A stretch of DNA of 64,000 bases from Raillietiella orientalis. Lineage: Eukaryota. The stretch lies in assembly GCA_036172245.1 (NCBI GenBank), contig JAYWIR010000002.1, forward strand, positions 992,001-1,056,000, in the 5' to 3' direction. Each line of letters opens with the position of its first letter. Position 1 is the stretch's first letter. Below the pieces are notes generated by a model, which saw only the letters and a list, made by a program, of their open reading frames with translations, ran no database searches and was not told where the DNA came from. The translations under genes and the position numbers were made by a program. Positions 25,450 through 39,000 of the stretch are shown here, one piece after another.

Positions 25450-27517
25450 ATAAGGCCGGCTCCGCTATAATTTCCACATCCGCTCCGCCGTAGATCACGC
25501 AGCACTTACATTCTTGCACCCGAAGACGGAGTGTACGGTTACAATCTTCACCATTACAAGAGCGGCCGTGATTAGTTGCTGTTGCCAGCAACTCGTGGAC
25601 ACAGCCATCCTGCGGCCGCTCCGCGAAGGGTCCATAATCTCCTGGACATGGGTCACAGCAAACGAGCCGCGCTTCGCAAACGATTGATTTCTCGAACACA
25701 TTGGCGGCAAAGATCGCGTTGGATGGCATGCTGCAATCTTCTTGAGTGGGGGGTTCGAAGCTGCCACTTTACCAAACCGTTATGGCAGCCAGAGATCCTG
25801 ATGGTTCTCCGGCGAGTGCGACGAGTACCACGAAACGAACCGGCGAATTTCGAGCGCCTCCATGTTTCTTCTGGAATGGCGATTCCCCCCACGATGAATT
25901 TCAGGTGGGGTAGGTGGATACGGTGTCTTCTTTGAAGGAAAGTTGTCCTTCCAGGCAGTCAAGCGTGCTGCTACCAGCCAAGGAACCAAACGAGATTCTG
26001 GCTAACAAATACCCACGTATCAGGGGAAAGGGAAAATGAGGATATCCGATACGCCCATGGGGGTGAAAATCTTCAAACCACAGCGCGACAACTCTTTCGG
26101 GATCTTCAAAGATTTTGAAGAGGCAAATCCAAGAGGATGAAGTGGGAGTTTGTGTGCGACCGCTGCTTTTGGCCAACATTCAGCAAGCTGGCTAAACGAG
26201 AAGACTGCTTTGGACCGTTGCGGATTCGCTCCACGAGTCGACACACTGCAAAGCAGTAAAGAAGAAGAAGACAAAAAAAAAAAAAAATGCAATTCTCAGG
26301 ATTCGAAATAAGGAATAAGATGAAAAAAGCTGTTGACTGGAAATGTGCTATGGGTCCAGCCAATTAGAAAAAGATACGAGATTCAACATGCAGAATCCAC
26401 GAGTTGGAATTTAATGATACTCGTTGTAATCGGAAGCGGACTGCGTTCTCCTTTTCGTATGCTTCCATTAATGTCTGCAGAAACTCTTCAAAACGAAAGA
26501 GAATTTTTTCATCATAATGGGAAGTGGCTTGTCGTCCCTCGTGGCAGCCTTATCGCAACCACCATATCGGCGACTGGAGTGCACTGGAAGCTGGGCATGT
26601 CCCAAATAGCCAAACAGTGACGGACGCACCGAAAATGCGGCTGTTTGACGAAAAAGAACCGGGAAATCTGAAATCGGGAATACCTTGTGAACAGCTGGTT
26701 CCCGAACAGATTGCTCACGTGAAAGCACCAGGCGAGGTACAGCTTCAGCTCTCAGATACGGTGAAAAGTTTTGGTGAAACCAATAAGAGACTCTTCAGCT
26801 CTCCAGTCCCGGAATCACAATTCAAATCTCTGATCTCCCTTTTTTCAACCCTTTGTCTGCCAATTCTGCGAGTCACAGTGCATTTCGCTCCAGTTATTTT
26901 GGCTTCAAGTTACCATGCCATCTATTCTGGTCAACTAGAAAGGATTCTTTCAATAACCAGTGGTGCTGTTCTGGATGCTGCTGCCTCTGCTTACAGAAGC
27001 AGATTACATAGTGTTCGGGGGGCGAGAGCTGGAAAGGTGTTCAACACAACCAAGCTCTTAGTCTGAAACACTCCATTAGCCGCCCCCCCCCCCAAAAGGG
27101 TCCATCCGGCAATCCAGGATGGAAATTCCAACTGCAAATCGAAGGATCCAACTCTGGGGAGGGGGGGGGGGGGAAGTGATAATGACCTGGGAGGGAAATT
27201 TCTTTACAGGTTTCCATCTTCCCATGATTCATATCCAGGAAACCCCAAAGCTGCTGCTTCTCTTACCCAATCCACGTTGCGATGCGCCGGCAGAGTACGT
27301 AAACGACAAGTTTGCCTTTTCAGATCCAAGCAGAGGTCATCTCGCGGGAAGTGCCTTCCATCCCGAAAAGAAAGAAATTTTTAGCTTTGGTGTGTGGCAT
27401 GTTGAATACATACTTCTTCGCTACGAGTGAAACAATCTGCTCCATCTTTGAAGAGCATGCAAAAAAGGAAACAATGCCTGATGACCAAATGTAAGCAAAC
27501 TCCCGGAGTCCCTGTGT

Positions 27518-27569
<52 letters not shown>

Positions 27570-28900
27570 CACATGGCACGCTGGAGCTTTTGATGAGCGC
27601 TCACAGTGAGAGTCGTGATCAGAAAAGTGGAATTGGAGGAGTTCTTCGCCAGCAAGCGAAAGTCATTCCGATGGAAGAAATGAGAACAGAAAATAAGACA
27701 CGTCCAAATGTTGCGTTCGAAGAACGATCTGGAAGAGTGGAGGCAGTCACGTTGAATCCAGCTGAGTGGCAGCTGTGAAATCAAAGCTCTTGAGAGAGCC
27801 AGCCTGAGGTCTGTATGTGACCAGTTGGGTTTCGGTTCGATGCGGGCTGCGAGGTTCCTTAGCAAAGTAACGTCCGTGTGCTTCCCTTATCTTCCGGAGA
27901 TGATTCAGGCTGCTTGTCGTTTGAACTGCTTTTTTTCTGAATGATGACGATTGGACGCTTCCTTCCTCGAGAAACAATTCAGAGATCGATTTCTTGTAGT
28001 CTGGCGTGGTTGAAAAGATCTCCACCTGGGGATCTTTCAGCAAATCAGTCTCTCGTGAACGCGATCGTAGAGAGTCAGAGATCCATTGTTCCGTACCCTT
28101 TTCATTTCCCCACTTCCCAGTCTCCAATGGGCTCGCAGATGCAAAGAGAAGAAAGCACCTCGGAAGTTAGAAACGTACGCCCTTAACCGTTTCGGACCAT
28201 GCAGAACTCGAAGACACCAGAACTGTTGTTACGAGGACAACTCTTCCCGGAGGACATTCATTTCCCGGATCCGAAAGATTTCTAAATGGAGCGACCCTGG
28301 GGTCGCTCCTCCCCCTTTGCAGCTTTCGCACTCCATGCAAGAGGACGGCAGACAAGAACAAGTCGTTCTCTTAGACAGGCTCTCTAATCCCTGGCTACTT
28401 TTCCATTGAAATCCTGAATGCACCCTTGCCTCAAGGAGGGAAGTGTTCCAGGAAAGAATGAGTTTCGGATTTTCTCTTCTTGCCCTCCGAGAAGACGCTT
28501 GATGACAAGGAGGCAGCAGGGACTCCGAACGGGTTTCCGTGGGATTCGTTTTCTCGCCTTGGCCAAACGACGGGAACGGAGGAGGGGAACGGGAACCTTT
28601 TGTTTGGGGAACAGCCTCAAGTGCAAGGTTTCGTGTGTCCGAGGCAACACGGACGCGATGCATGCAGAGATGCAATCGTGCTCTCCGAACGCAAGATACC
28701 CATCAGAATCCTCAAGATGGACCGCGCGCGACTTCCTCCGAGCGCAGGATGTCTTGCGCTGCAGATAACAATACAATAAATCGAGCTCAGCATCGCAAAG
28801 CGTACACGGAATACCAAAGATCGAGGCACAAAAAGGCAGAAAGGAAGAAGACAGTAGATGGTGGTGGCGATCGAGAGCCAGAGGAGGAGAGCGAGATGCA
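25450..28900 (-). mobile_element. Degenerate LINE relic (EN, linker, first half of RT), broken near the DxxKA motif
   Basis: IQDFNG at ~28419-28402 (GDFN); HLDVSY at ~27705 (RLDRxY); FSDH at ~27627-27616; TIRISGCHNGLVK at ~25800 (RPISLxNxxYK); YGPFAERPQDGCVHELL...LRLRVQE at 25640-25510 (QxGFxxGRxIxD...LKLD). Confidence 0.62.
27513..27564. repeat. (TG)3T followed by (AC)n microsatellite
   Basis: Direct reading. Confidence 0.95.
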
Positions 28901-29388
28901 GCATCCTAAGGACTGCCCGGCGGAATCGGCATAACGGAAGCAGGGGTGTGTGTCTCTTGCCCAAGAACACGCGCGCATCCGTCCGAACGTATTTGGTCGA
29001 TCGCCGCGCACGTAATCTTGCATGAATGCTCTCTATTTGTATCGAGCGGCGAAAGAATCGGGCAATTGGGAAGGCGTTCCGGAAGACAAATGCGTAAGTG
29101 GTTGTTCGAGTAACGCTAATACGGACTCTTCGACTCTAATGACAACGAACCGGCCTGATATCAGGAACAGTTGTTCGGAGGAAGATAAAAGCAGTAAAAA
29201 GACAAACGGTTTATTGCTCAGTTTCTTCACAGGTTTGATCAATCCATCATTACTAGTTGAATCGATTAAACTTCCGCAGATGGGAAGGAAGAAGAGAAAA
29301 AAAAAAAAGCAGAGATATAGAGAGAGAGCGCGTAGACAACTTGACAGATACGTGAAGAGTACTTCCGTCTGAACCGAGACCCAGATAG

Positions 29389-29441
29389 GTGTGTGTGTGT
29401 GTGTGTGTGTGTGATGGGGTAGCAGCAGCAGCAGCAGCAGC
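29389..29441. repeat. Compound (GT)n and (AGC)7 microsatellite
   Basis: Direct reading. Confidence 0.95.
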
Positions 29442-29499
29442 CATCGTTTACGAGAAAAAACTCCGCAGGAGAAAGGCAAATTGTTTCATTGTATTCGCT

Positions 29500-32300
29500 C
29501 GAATGGATGCTCAGCAGCACGAAGTTAGTGTTGCAGAAAAACGGTCCATAAAGATTCTGATCTAATTTGCAAGCGTTCCGAATCAACAAAGGAAACGAAG
29601 AGAATTTTTCGAGTTTTATGAGATAACATCCCCTTCTAATTGGGACTCCATTTCTTAAATGTAAGCAAAAGCGAAGCAGAGAGGTCTCCTTTTTTATCCC
29701 CGGCCTTCTTACCGGAAAGTTTGCAATTGTGTGTTATGAAATACGTCGGATGGCGAACACGCTGCCGGGACGTGAATGCATTAAACAGCATTAAAGAGAG
29801 GAATCCGGGCCCTGCATCCCTCGTAGACGCTCCTCACCGAACTTACTAAGGCCGCCATTAATAGAGAAATGTGACCGTTCCGGTGCTGTTTCGGAACGCA
29901 AGTGCTCGCGGAAGAGCAAGCGACCGCGATCCACGCTACTTTCGCGCCGGTTCTCGCCAACCTGGGAATAACGTGCAGCAGTCCTTGGTTCCAGCCCGAC
30001 TTTCCCGATACCTTCCAATTATCCTGAAGTTGATGAGGGAACTTTTCTCCTCTCTCACTTGTTTTCATTTTTCTTTCTTTCCTTCCGTCCTTTCCTGCTT
30101 TCCATCCCGGCCTAAGGTTCCCCGGGAGGAGCGAAACGGCTGCGTGATCCGAAAGAGAGTTCAGACCTCGGTGGCGAACACCTTCCGTCCTCTTCATATC
30201 CACGAGATTATTTTGTCGTATTTTATTTTTTAATTTTTTTCATGCGTGCGCGTTTGCGTTTGAGTGGCCAATAAAAGTTTCGTGTGGATGCTGGATTTTC
30301 TCTCTCTCTACATTCGCAATAAGGTCCTATTGAAACTTTGTCCAATCTTCTTGCTGGAAGCGCAAAGAAGCAGATCTGACAGACTGCATTAAAATGAAAA
30401 AAAAGAAAAGGAAACAGCACGAGGTGAGGATTCCCGAAGGACAGCCGTACAGGAATTTCATTGCTACAATCAAAGAGGCTGTGCCGGGAATTAAAACACT
30501 TTCCTATGCAAATTGCGTAGGAAGAAAGATCGAAATTGATAACTTGGAAACGAAGACTCGTTCTTTACTCTCTTGATGGCAACAACATTAATGGCGGTGA
30601 GCCTCGGGGCATACTCCGATTCGCGTAAAATGCGATCTGCGTTTTGGAACATGATGAAACACACGCGACACACCTTGCATCGAAAATCATCTGCATGTGT
30701 GTCTTTGATCTTCGCCCCTGAACGGACCTTAAAAGCGGCGTCTCTTCTGCTCACGAGCGCTTCCGTACTTTGAGTAGTCAAGTGATCATCAAAAAGGTAT
30801 GGTGAGGAGTGGAGATTGACTTGCCTCACACATCTCGAAGCAAGAGATGTTTTGAAGTCTTCGTCAAAGAGAAGTCGGCCGATACTGACGGGAGAAGAAA
30901 TACCACAGAGTTATCCCCGGAGTCCTAGGGAAATCCCCGTCTCTTTGCATGAAAAACTCAAGGAATCAAAGAGACTGTGCCGGAAGGGATAACTTTAGAC
31001 GAAGACTCGTTTTTCACTCACTTGATGGCAACAACAAGGATGTCTTCCTCCCAAAGGGCGCCCATTTTTAGCTGTGAAGAATCATTCTCCGGCAGGACAG
31101 ATTCTTCAGAGAACAGCAGTCCAAGAACTCTTTGCATCTTGACGGGGCGTGAGCATCTCAAGCAACACAGCACGAGATTCTCTCGAAGGGCAACTTGCCC
31201 TCCAGGATGAGGGCATTGCAGAGGCCGGAGAGAGTGCGAGAGGTCAGCCGCAAAGTGGCCGGTGACTCCTGAACTGTGCGACCTCCGTTAGAGCACAGTT
31301 CCGTGTGGTCACCACTCCTCGTCAAGGATGCATGGACCTCGAAGATCTGGAGCCTCCCACTCTTTCTCGTGGATGAGACCTCGACTCGACAGCAGAGCGG
31401 CCAACCAGCTGTGCTTGAACAGTTCTTGAAGTTTGCGGAACCGTTCGAGCTCATTGGTAACCGGAAACTGCTTTCGTTTGGAAGCACGGGAACTCGTACA
31501 CCATGCTACAGGGGAAAAGTTCGCGAGAAGATGTGCGAGCATTGTGGTAACCATGGTGCCAGAGGTCCTCACCACCTTTTATCTGGTGCAGGTCCGAAGT
31601 TGAAAGCTACGCCATCCCTTGAAAAGTGGAGTGCTCAGGGGCGGGATTCGAAGCTTCCCTCAAAAGTCCAGGCTTATTCCATTCGGGTGGCGAAGGGAGG
31701 AAGGTTGCCCAGTGAGCCGATGAGGGAATGAATTGAATTACAACCCCTCGAACCTGAGAAAACGAAAAGCTTAGTGCACCTAGATACATACTAATCTAAG
31801 TGAGCTTCTTAGATGAGACATTTCTTAAGGTGCTAATACTGGATGCCAAGATGCAGTTTATTGTGTCTTATTTTTCCGGAGGGAGAGTGGAAAAGGTACA
31901 GCCTTTGGTCAATCATATCCAGGGAAACGGCAAGAAAATTGAGATTTCGATTCGCTCTCGTTCAAAACACGGTGTTCCTCGGGCATGATCGATCTCCACA
32001 CAGAGTTCAGGAACCCACGACCACAGTTTGCCTCCTTCTGGAAGGGAATCGAAAGTGATTCGCCGTCGACAACTGGAGCATAGCAGGCATCTGGTCGTTG
32101 CGAGCCCCCAGTATGCCATTTCCCCACACCCTTGCTTATCCGACAACATTCACAGCTCGGGAAAATCCAGAGAGATAATGCTATCTCCTCGAGATTCAGT
32201 AAGTACCCGGTGGAGCGGGATCCATCTCCGAACAGGTATATCTCGTGAGATGGAGCGCGTTCTGACACCTTGGAACAGATAGGAGAGAGGAGACATCGGA
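29500..32300 (+). mobile_element. Degenerate LINE 5' part (endonuclease relic, partly duplicated)
   Basis: DEDSFFTHL at ~31000 (RxxFFxxL); LVKDAWTS...PLFL...VLEQFL at 31320-31430 (LxDxWR...FTW...RLDRFL); PHHLL at ~31567 (SDHxPI); LEKW at ~31620. The 5' boundary is a guess. Confidence 0.5.
30468..31036 (+). repeat. Short direct duplication: 30468-30587 and 30964-31036
   Basis: aatcaaagagRctgtgccgg and gataactt...acgaagactcgttYttYactcWcttgatggcaacaaca occur in both copies. The second copy lacks ~45 nt between the two blocks. Confidence 0.85.
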
Positions 32301-32399
32301 CGCTCCGAGAGACCCTCCCCATCAAACAGCGCCTTCAACCCCTACCATGAGATGGATAGGCACGCGCATGTACCGATCGCCAACGTTTCGTACGCTCAA

Positions 32400-35300
32400 A
32401 ACGAGGCGCAGCTTCCGTCCACACACCTCTCAATGGTCAGTCGTTCCTTTTTTTTCCCCCTTTCCTCTTCTTTTCTTTTTTCTCCAGCCCAGCTTCATTT
32501 TCGCATGTCTTCCAAACTCTTTTCATTTTGAGACCGCCTGCAAACGGGAAAGCTCGCGAAGTGCGCTTCTTCTCTACCCAGGGCTTCTCCCTCCTCGCGC
32601 TAATTTCAGGAGGCTTTGTCCTGAGATCCAGGATTCTGATCGCCATTGCACTTTCGCTTTCCCATCTCGCTTCATCCCGCTCTCTATAGATAAATGATTC
32701 CTTTGTTTAAAGTACATTTATGAGATGGCAACTCACGAATCCAGTTTCCTTCCTCCCTATTCTCCCCTTTCCAGAGCCGTCATATTTTGCACTTTGTGGG
32801 GTGCTGATAACCAGTTGAATTTTTCAAACTACCCCATTTTTCTTTTGTCTGCCTCCTCTCGCCTTCGCTAAGAGGCTTCGACCCGACGAGAAGCGGGCCG
32901 TCAACAGACGAATGGCATCCACGCCTCCGGATTTCTTCGTGGTGTGGATGCACGCGTCGGTGCGGGGGTCGCCACCACAGTGTGTCCACGTGGTCGTCAC
33001 GCGAGGAAGGCCAGGCTGAAGACGGATTGCCTATGTTGCGAAGCGACGCAGGGAGCGTCGAAAGAGATCGATGGGAACGCTCGGCACGAAGAAGCTCGCG
33101 TTCTCACCAAGGAAAGAGAGAAAGAAGGGCGCGAACTCAAGAAAGTCTCGAGCCCAGGTCACTTGCCACAACCCTAGGCGAGGTACGCTTTCAAGTCCAC
33201 CGTTTCTTCCCCAAAAGACCATCACCGAGCCACGCCCCCTCCGAAAGCTTCCCGATGCCCCCAGAGGAAACAAAGCGACCGGAAGATGGCAAATAGCTCC
33301 AGGAGCTGGACGCCCACCTGTCGTCCGAAGGACTCTTAGTACGCTCCTTAGGGCACTGGAATGTAGGCAAAGGTGCGTCACTGAAGGATGCAGAGAATCT
33401 CACGACGGCATGCGAAACACACACCAGGAAGAATGGCTGCGTGTTACCGTAATGAATTTACTTGGTTTCTGCCCAACTGCGGCGGCGCTCAGGCTACTAC
33501 CCTGGGCTCCAGCCCGGTGGTGCTTCCCGGTTTTTCTGCACTCCTCAGCGTTCTGATGGCCTGCAGCGGGCGGCGCGGAAAAGCCAAGATGGCAGAGAGT
33601 TCTTGTTTGCCACGGCGCTGAAGAGCTTCAGCCCAAAACCGTTCGCCTCCGGTGTCTTGTCAAGCTGGATTTCGTAAGCACCGGCAGCTGTGCGTTCGCC
33701 GGTGTCACGTGACCAACGACTGACCTCTTGAGACGGGGCAAGGCATTTATTAATTATTTCTCGATAGCCTCGAGAGCACGTAGCTCGGATATGCTCCTGA
33801 AATTCGTCAAGGAGCCTGGTCTGGGAAAATGGAACCACTCCGCATCGCTGTCGTTGTTGTTTTTTCTTGCGAGTCTCTCAACACGGAGACCTCATCTGAG
33901 ACTCTGTTTATTTGTTTGTCTTGCCTGAAAATTTCCTTCACGTGTGTGCGTGCACTCGGTGCCCCTCGGTGCTCTTCGTTAAGGTGAGACTTCGGGATCG
34001 CAGCGCTGCCGCCCGACTCTAAAGATCAAAGATCCAGCTGCAACCTCGTTTCCTCGGTCCGTGCATTCCAGTCCGGCTCATTACAAAGAAAAGGGTGCAT
34101 GTCAACAAAACATGTATTTTCTAGCTGGAATGATCTCCAATTATCATCTCTTCGGCTGTCGGGTAGCTCCCCTTCTCTCTCCCCGATGGATACATGCATG
34201 CGATCCGACGAAGGACATCCATTCCCGTCTCCAGGACGCAGGCACTTGCACAGCACACGATCGCTGCTTTCGTGACGGATTCCGACCTGCCCTTCCGCTT
34301 CCGTCCGATCCAACGGACTTGCCCGTCGTGGTGGATTCTTTGGGAGCTGGAAACGACCTCGTCCTGAAAGGAGTGTTCCCGCCCGCCGATTCTCTTTTGC
34401 GCTCCGCTGCTTCTCGTCAGCGTATCCGCTCAGTGTTTATGAATCACTGCGCCCGTCAATCAGACGTGATCGACCGATAGTCGAAGAGGAAATCTCCCGC
34501 GCCCTGCTCGAAGGTGGGGCGGTAAACAAAATGTCTGCGGCCCGCTGCTTTTGCACCTTCACCTTTGAGGAGAGACCTGGAGGAAGAGAGATGCAACGAT
34601 CAAAACGGTGCCTATCCCCAAACTGAATTTCTCTTCAGCATCCAGAAACAACGGTGGAATTTGCTTGGACGATGACGTGCTGCAGTCCTGTCCGATCGAG
34701 AAAAAAAGAAGGATAAAAGGAAAAAAAAAGAGAACGCACCTTTAGGCAGTATCTCGAAAGTGGCTCCAAAATTTCGCTTAGGTATCCTGTGGGACGATGA
34801 TACAGAGCAGCGGAACCTGCCTCCGCTTCCAAGTAATCAACTGATGCGAGTGGGCACTGCTGAACTCCTAGGTTGTTGTTCCCTGTAAGCCGAAGCGAAT
34901 GATGGGAAAAAAACCTCTTGCGGATTTTTGCAGTTTCGAGGATGAAGAGGAGCGACCGGCTCGATTCCCAGGAATCGACTCCGTCCTTCCGCTTCCTAGA
35001 AGAGAAAAAGCAGGGAGTCCAAGAGACGGCAGTTCCAGTTTTCCTTCTTTCAGCAGTTTCAAAAAGTGACCAGACCTTCGTCATCTCCCGTGTATTGCAA
35101 ATTAACGTGGCGCAAACACCTCATTTTTTTTTTTTTTTTTGGCCAAGCACCACCCGAATGCTCTTTATTTTGACGCTTATTTTTGGGAGCTGCAGAGAAT
35201 TATCCGAACGGTTCCTCTCGTTCTCCAAAGCCAAAATTCTGAATTGAAAGACAATGGCAGCTGAGAGCGGATAAAGCACGGTGGAGCATAGTTCTTTATT

Positions 35301-38300
35301 CAGACATGTTGGGGGAAATCTCTTTTGATCTTTGCTCTGCATTGATATCTCCTTCTGATACATGTTACAGGATTCCAAGGAAACTCATTGTTATTTGAAG
35401 ATAACCCTTCAGGCATCTTATCAACAGTAAACGAGGGTACTAGAATTTCGTGTCGCTTGGTGGTGGGTCTCTTCAGATGTATTTGTTTGCTAAAGGCCAA
35501 AGACAAAAGAAAATTTGACATTGGAGAGGAAAACAAGTATCTTGATCGTTACTGTTTTATTGTGAGGAGAACAAATGGAACGACAGGATGAGGAACAATG
35601 AAACGACTTGCTCGATTTCTTTGAGGAATTGCAATTAATGATACACAGCCGTCTCGCGGATGGAGAGACTTTGCAATTCATTTCGCTGCCCCGTTTTATT
35701 GTTCCAGCAACGTTGATGTGCTGATGAAGTCAAGGAAACCATACACGCACACGGTGATAACCGGGATCCTCTGGAAGAGCAAGGAGCTCTCAAGACTGAG
35801 TAAATTCATTTTATCGATCTACCAGAAAACTCCATCTCGACTTTCCTGTCCTCCGGACATGAACTTTCCTAGTTTACCATTGCAGCGTGTTGTCATGTCC
35901 TTTCCGCTGTTGAAAGAGCTGACCCAAGCCATCGTTTGAACTTGTCTGTGAGAGCCAGGGGGCTTTTCATCACGGCTTCTTGATCGTTACTCGATATCGT
36001 TTGCTGTGCCGAGGCATGGGACCGACGGATTTGCGCACTCAAACCGGTGAAGATCTTGACCGCTACCCAGTTTGTCGCCCAAAATACCACTAGCTCGAGG
36101 AATGGATGAAAAAACTAAAATGCTCAAGAGATGGCTTGATTTATGACCTGTTCGACGAATTTTCTCGGCAGGCCTCTGACGGTCACGACGCGCAGTAGGC
36201 ATGAATTCTCTTACCGAGGAAACGAGTGTACAGCAAGAGCAAGTGCTGGATGCAGAATCGTGACGACGTACAACCCCTTGTTGACTGCTGATCTTAAAAG
36301 ACAATATTGCTCTGTAGTGACGGAAGAACTTCCTTCCTACATCTAACAGCAATCGTAGCTCTCAAAGAAAGGTCCATGGGGGAGGAGGGGGGGGGAGGCT
36401 GATGTTTTTCCCCGTGAAAGTAATTTCCACACCACTAATACAGAAATAAGGTAATTTAGAAAATCTGAATTGATTTTTTTTTTTCCTCAGGAATAGATAA
36501 GGCTGCTGATGTTTACAGTACCAAAGATGCTCCGTGCATTCAAAAGCTGGATTCTTCCTTTGGACACTGCTGGCAATCATTAAAATTCACTCTCGATCAT
36601 ATGCTGCGTTTTTTTGTCATCCATCCTCCACACGAGTTACCGAGTGCATCTTCACCACCGTCGTCAAGCGATAAAGCTTCTGTGGCCAGATCCGAAGCGC
36701 AGGCAGATGTGGGAACAAAAGTCCAAGTGAGAGAGGCAGTTGAATCCGTTGATGTGGATTCAGAGCAAGAAAAATGCACGTTCACGTGATAGTGGAGAAG
36801 GCGCAGTAATGTTGTTGCACTTTGATAAATGCAAGAAAATCCTTACTTTATGATCGCTTTCATTCTCCAAAGAAGGAATTCGACAATCGCAGTTCCCAGT
36901 ATAGGATGCTCATCAGAGAAGAAAAATACGAGCGGATTTGATCTAATTCCTCCAGATCCACTATGAAAATCAATTGTAATCTTATTCTGATTCGAAAGTG
37001 CATTCAGTGATTTTATCTAAATTCTCCATGGTTAAGCTGCGACGGGGATCATATGCCGTCGTAAATCATATTCGTCGTGACGTCACCTCGGATGAATTCT
37101 TACCGATGCGAAGAATAATAATGCGGGGACAAATAATGTAAACCGAAGGGAAGCTGTGACTGATAAATGCCAAGGGGTGTGCGGGAAACTCGTGATTACT
37201 GGTGACTGGAAGGTGAATGATGTGATAAACAATTATGCACGTTGCGATGCACTCGCTTGTGGATCAGAGAACAACCCGATCAAAGAACATTTAAGCGAAC
37301 GCCCTTTTGCACGTAGTCGGAAAGCGCTCCCGTTTTTTTCACACGTGGGGAACCGACACGTTCTTTAGCTGGAGGAGATGGCCATACAAGATGTGGGAGC
37401 GAAACGAAACGGGCGTTCTTAGAACTGTCTAGTCGGAACGATGGGATCTCTCTGGAGCAAACCTGCCGAGAGCAGCTCCGCTAAGAGTTCTCTTCCTAAC
37501 CGGTTCACTCTCGGCTCCACGAGGAGGAATTTCAGGCGGCAGGAACAAGTCGCAAAAAAATTGTTCCCTGGGATACGAGAATCGGAAACCAAACACCGGG
37601 CGTGCTCTTTCGGATGAAACTGAAGCCAGGAAAAATAAAATTCCTGATCCTAAAGGATAATTTATAATATCCAACAGGAAAACTTTTCGAGTGCTGTGGT
37701 GCTTAGTCCCACTATTAATACCGGCACACTGCCAGTTATCATTAAAAACGCTTGGAGTGAAGAGCTAAAGTGCTAATAAAGTGGGACTGATTCTGGAGCA
37801 CCGAAAATTATTCATTTGGCTCTGCACCATCATGAGCGCTTCCCTAGGAAAATAACTTCTTATCGGATCCATGATCTACTCAGCCCAAGAAAAGGCTGGA
37901 TTTCGAGGAAATGTAATGGCAAGATCATCCAGATGGGAAGCATTTCATCTTTTGCATTCCCCCCCCTCCCTCGAATTACAGCATCAGCATTTATTCATAA
38001 AATGGCAGTGGATAATCATGATTGCTAGGAACTGATAAAGAAAGAAAAATCGGTCCATGTGTGAGGAACGCTTGCACGACAATTTCAGATGCTCGCTCCT
38101 GCTCTCAGCTGATCACGAATTGCTTATTAGCATTGCGTGTAAGGGATGCTGATTTTGAAGATAAATAAACGTTCCTAATTTTTTTTTTCATCTTTCCCCA
38201 TTTTAGTGAACAGGGCAATTGTGCTTTCAGAAACATTCTGGAATCACTCTAATTAGTCAAATTCCAGATGGCGCGTTTGCATAGCTTTAGAACAGAACAC

Positions 38301-39000
38301 GACTTTTTTTTTTTTAAAAAAAAAAAAAAAGCACCTCTGAGCACCATCAATTGAAGATGATGCTTCGATGAGTGGTTCTTTCGCGAATCAACTCGAGTGA
38401 TTCCAAATGGACTTTGCTGATACTTTTCCGCACATATCGCATGCATGTGACATGTGATGTAATATGTGTAACACACGCTCCTGAAAAATTGAGCCCACGA
38501 GTGCTTCTTTCCCCCTGCAAAGCAGCGGTCCTTTCGAGATGGGGAACTCAGTTGCTTGTAAGGGAACGCAGAGTGCTCGGCACATGAGCACGCGTTTCGA
38601 GGCCGCTGATCACACAAGGAGCAAGCGATCCCTCCGAGGAGCGGGAATTTCGGAACAGCAGCGGGCACGGTCGCCCTTGAGGTCCGAGCACCTTTCCGGG
38701 CGAAAATCGGGCAAGCAGTCTTCCCGGCTGCTGGACACACTTTATCAAGCATCAGCACGCAAGTTCGGAGATCCATGCCACCGGATGCACACGAGAACGT
38801 GAACCTTCATCCCGAATCCAACCTGCCCTCCACGCTTTTTTAATGGTCCATTTTTCAATTAAAGTGCACCTTCCAGCCCCGTGGTACATCCAGCGCGGCA
38901 CCGCAAATGTTCGTAAAGCAGGTCGCGGAAATCACAAGGAGCGAATTCCTACGGCGAACGATCGCTTTCGGGCAGAATGGGATCGGATCAATTTACATCG
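32400..39000 (-). mobile_element. Degenerate LINE (EN plus RT relic, probable ORF1 relic at 37.4-39 kb)
   Basis: NVHFS at ~36782 (NVYAP); NFND at ~36585 (GDFN); GHKS at ~36148 (SDH); HRFE at ~36050 (FRFE); VGIRHES at ~34286 (GLRQG); LLDEFQE at ~33815 (LxxFxxxSG); NGGLES at ~33205 (GGLG). Confidence 0.58.

Noticed and set aside
12000..25650. A phase-compatible multi-exon minus-strand gene, with a signal-peptide-like segment at ~25510-25640 (gtaagt donor), LRR-cap-like DPHYNLRKW, pLGIC-like YPFD, and repeated WIKFV/WIKYV peptides
   Set aside because: Nearly every candidate exon overlaps ordered LINE motifs (antisense at 12-20 kb; same strand at 25.5 kb, where it matches the RT QxGF...LKLD region). 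Several donors are weak, and the joined protein matches no family I recognise.
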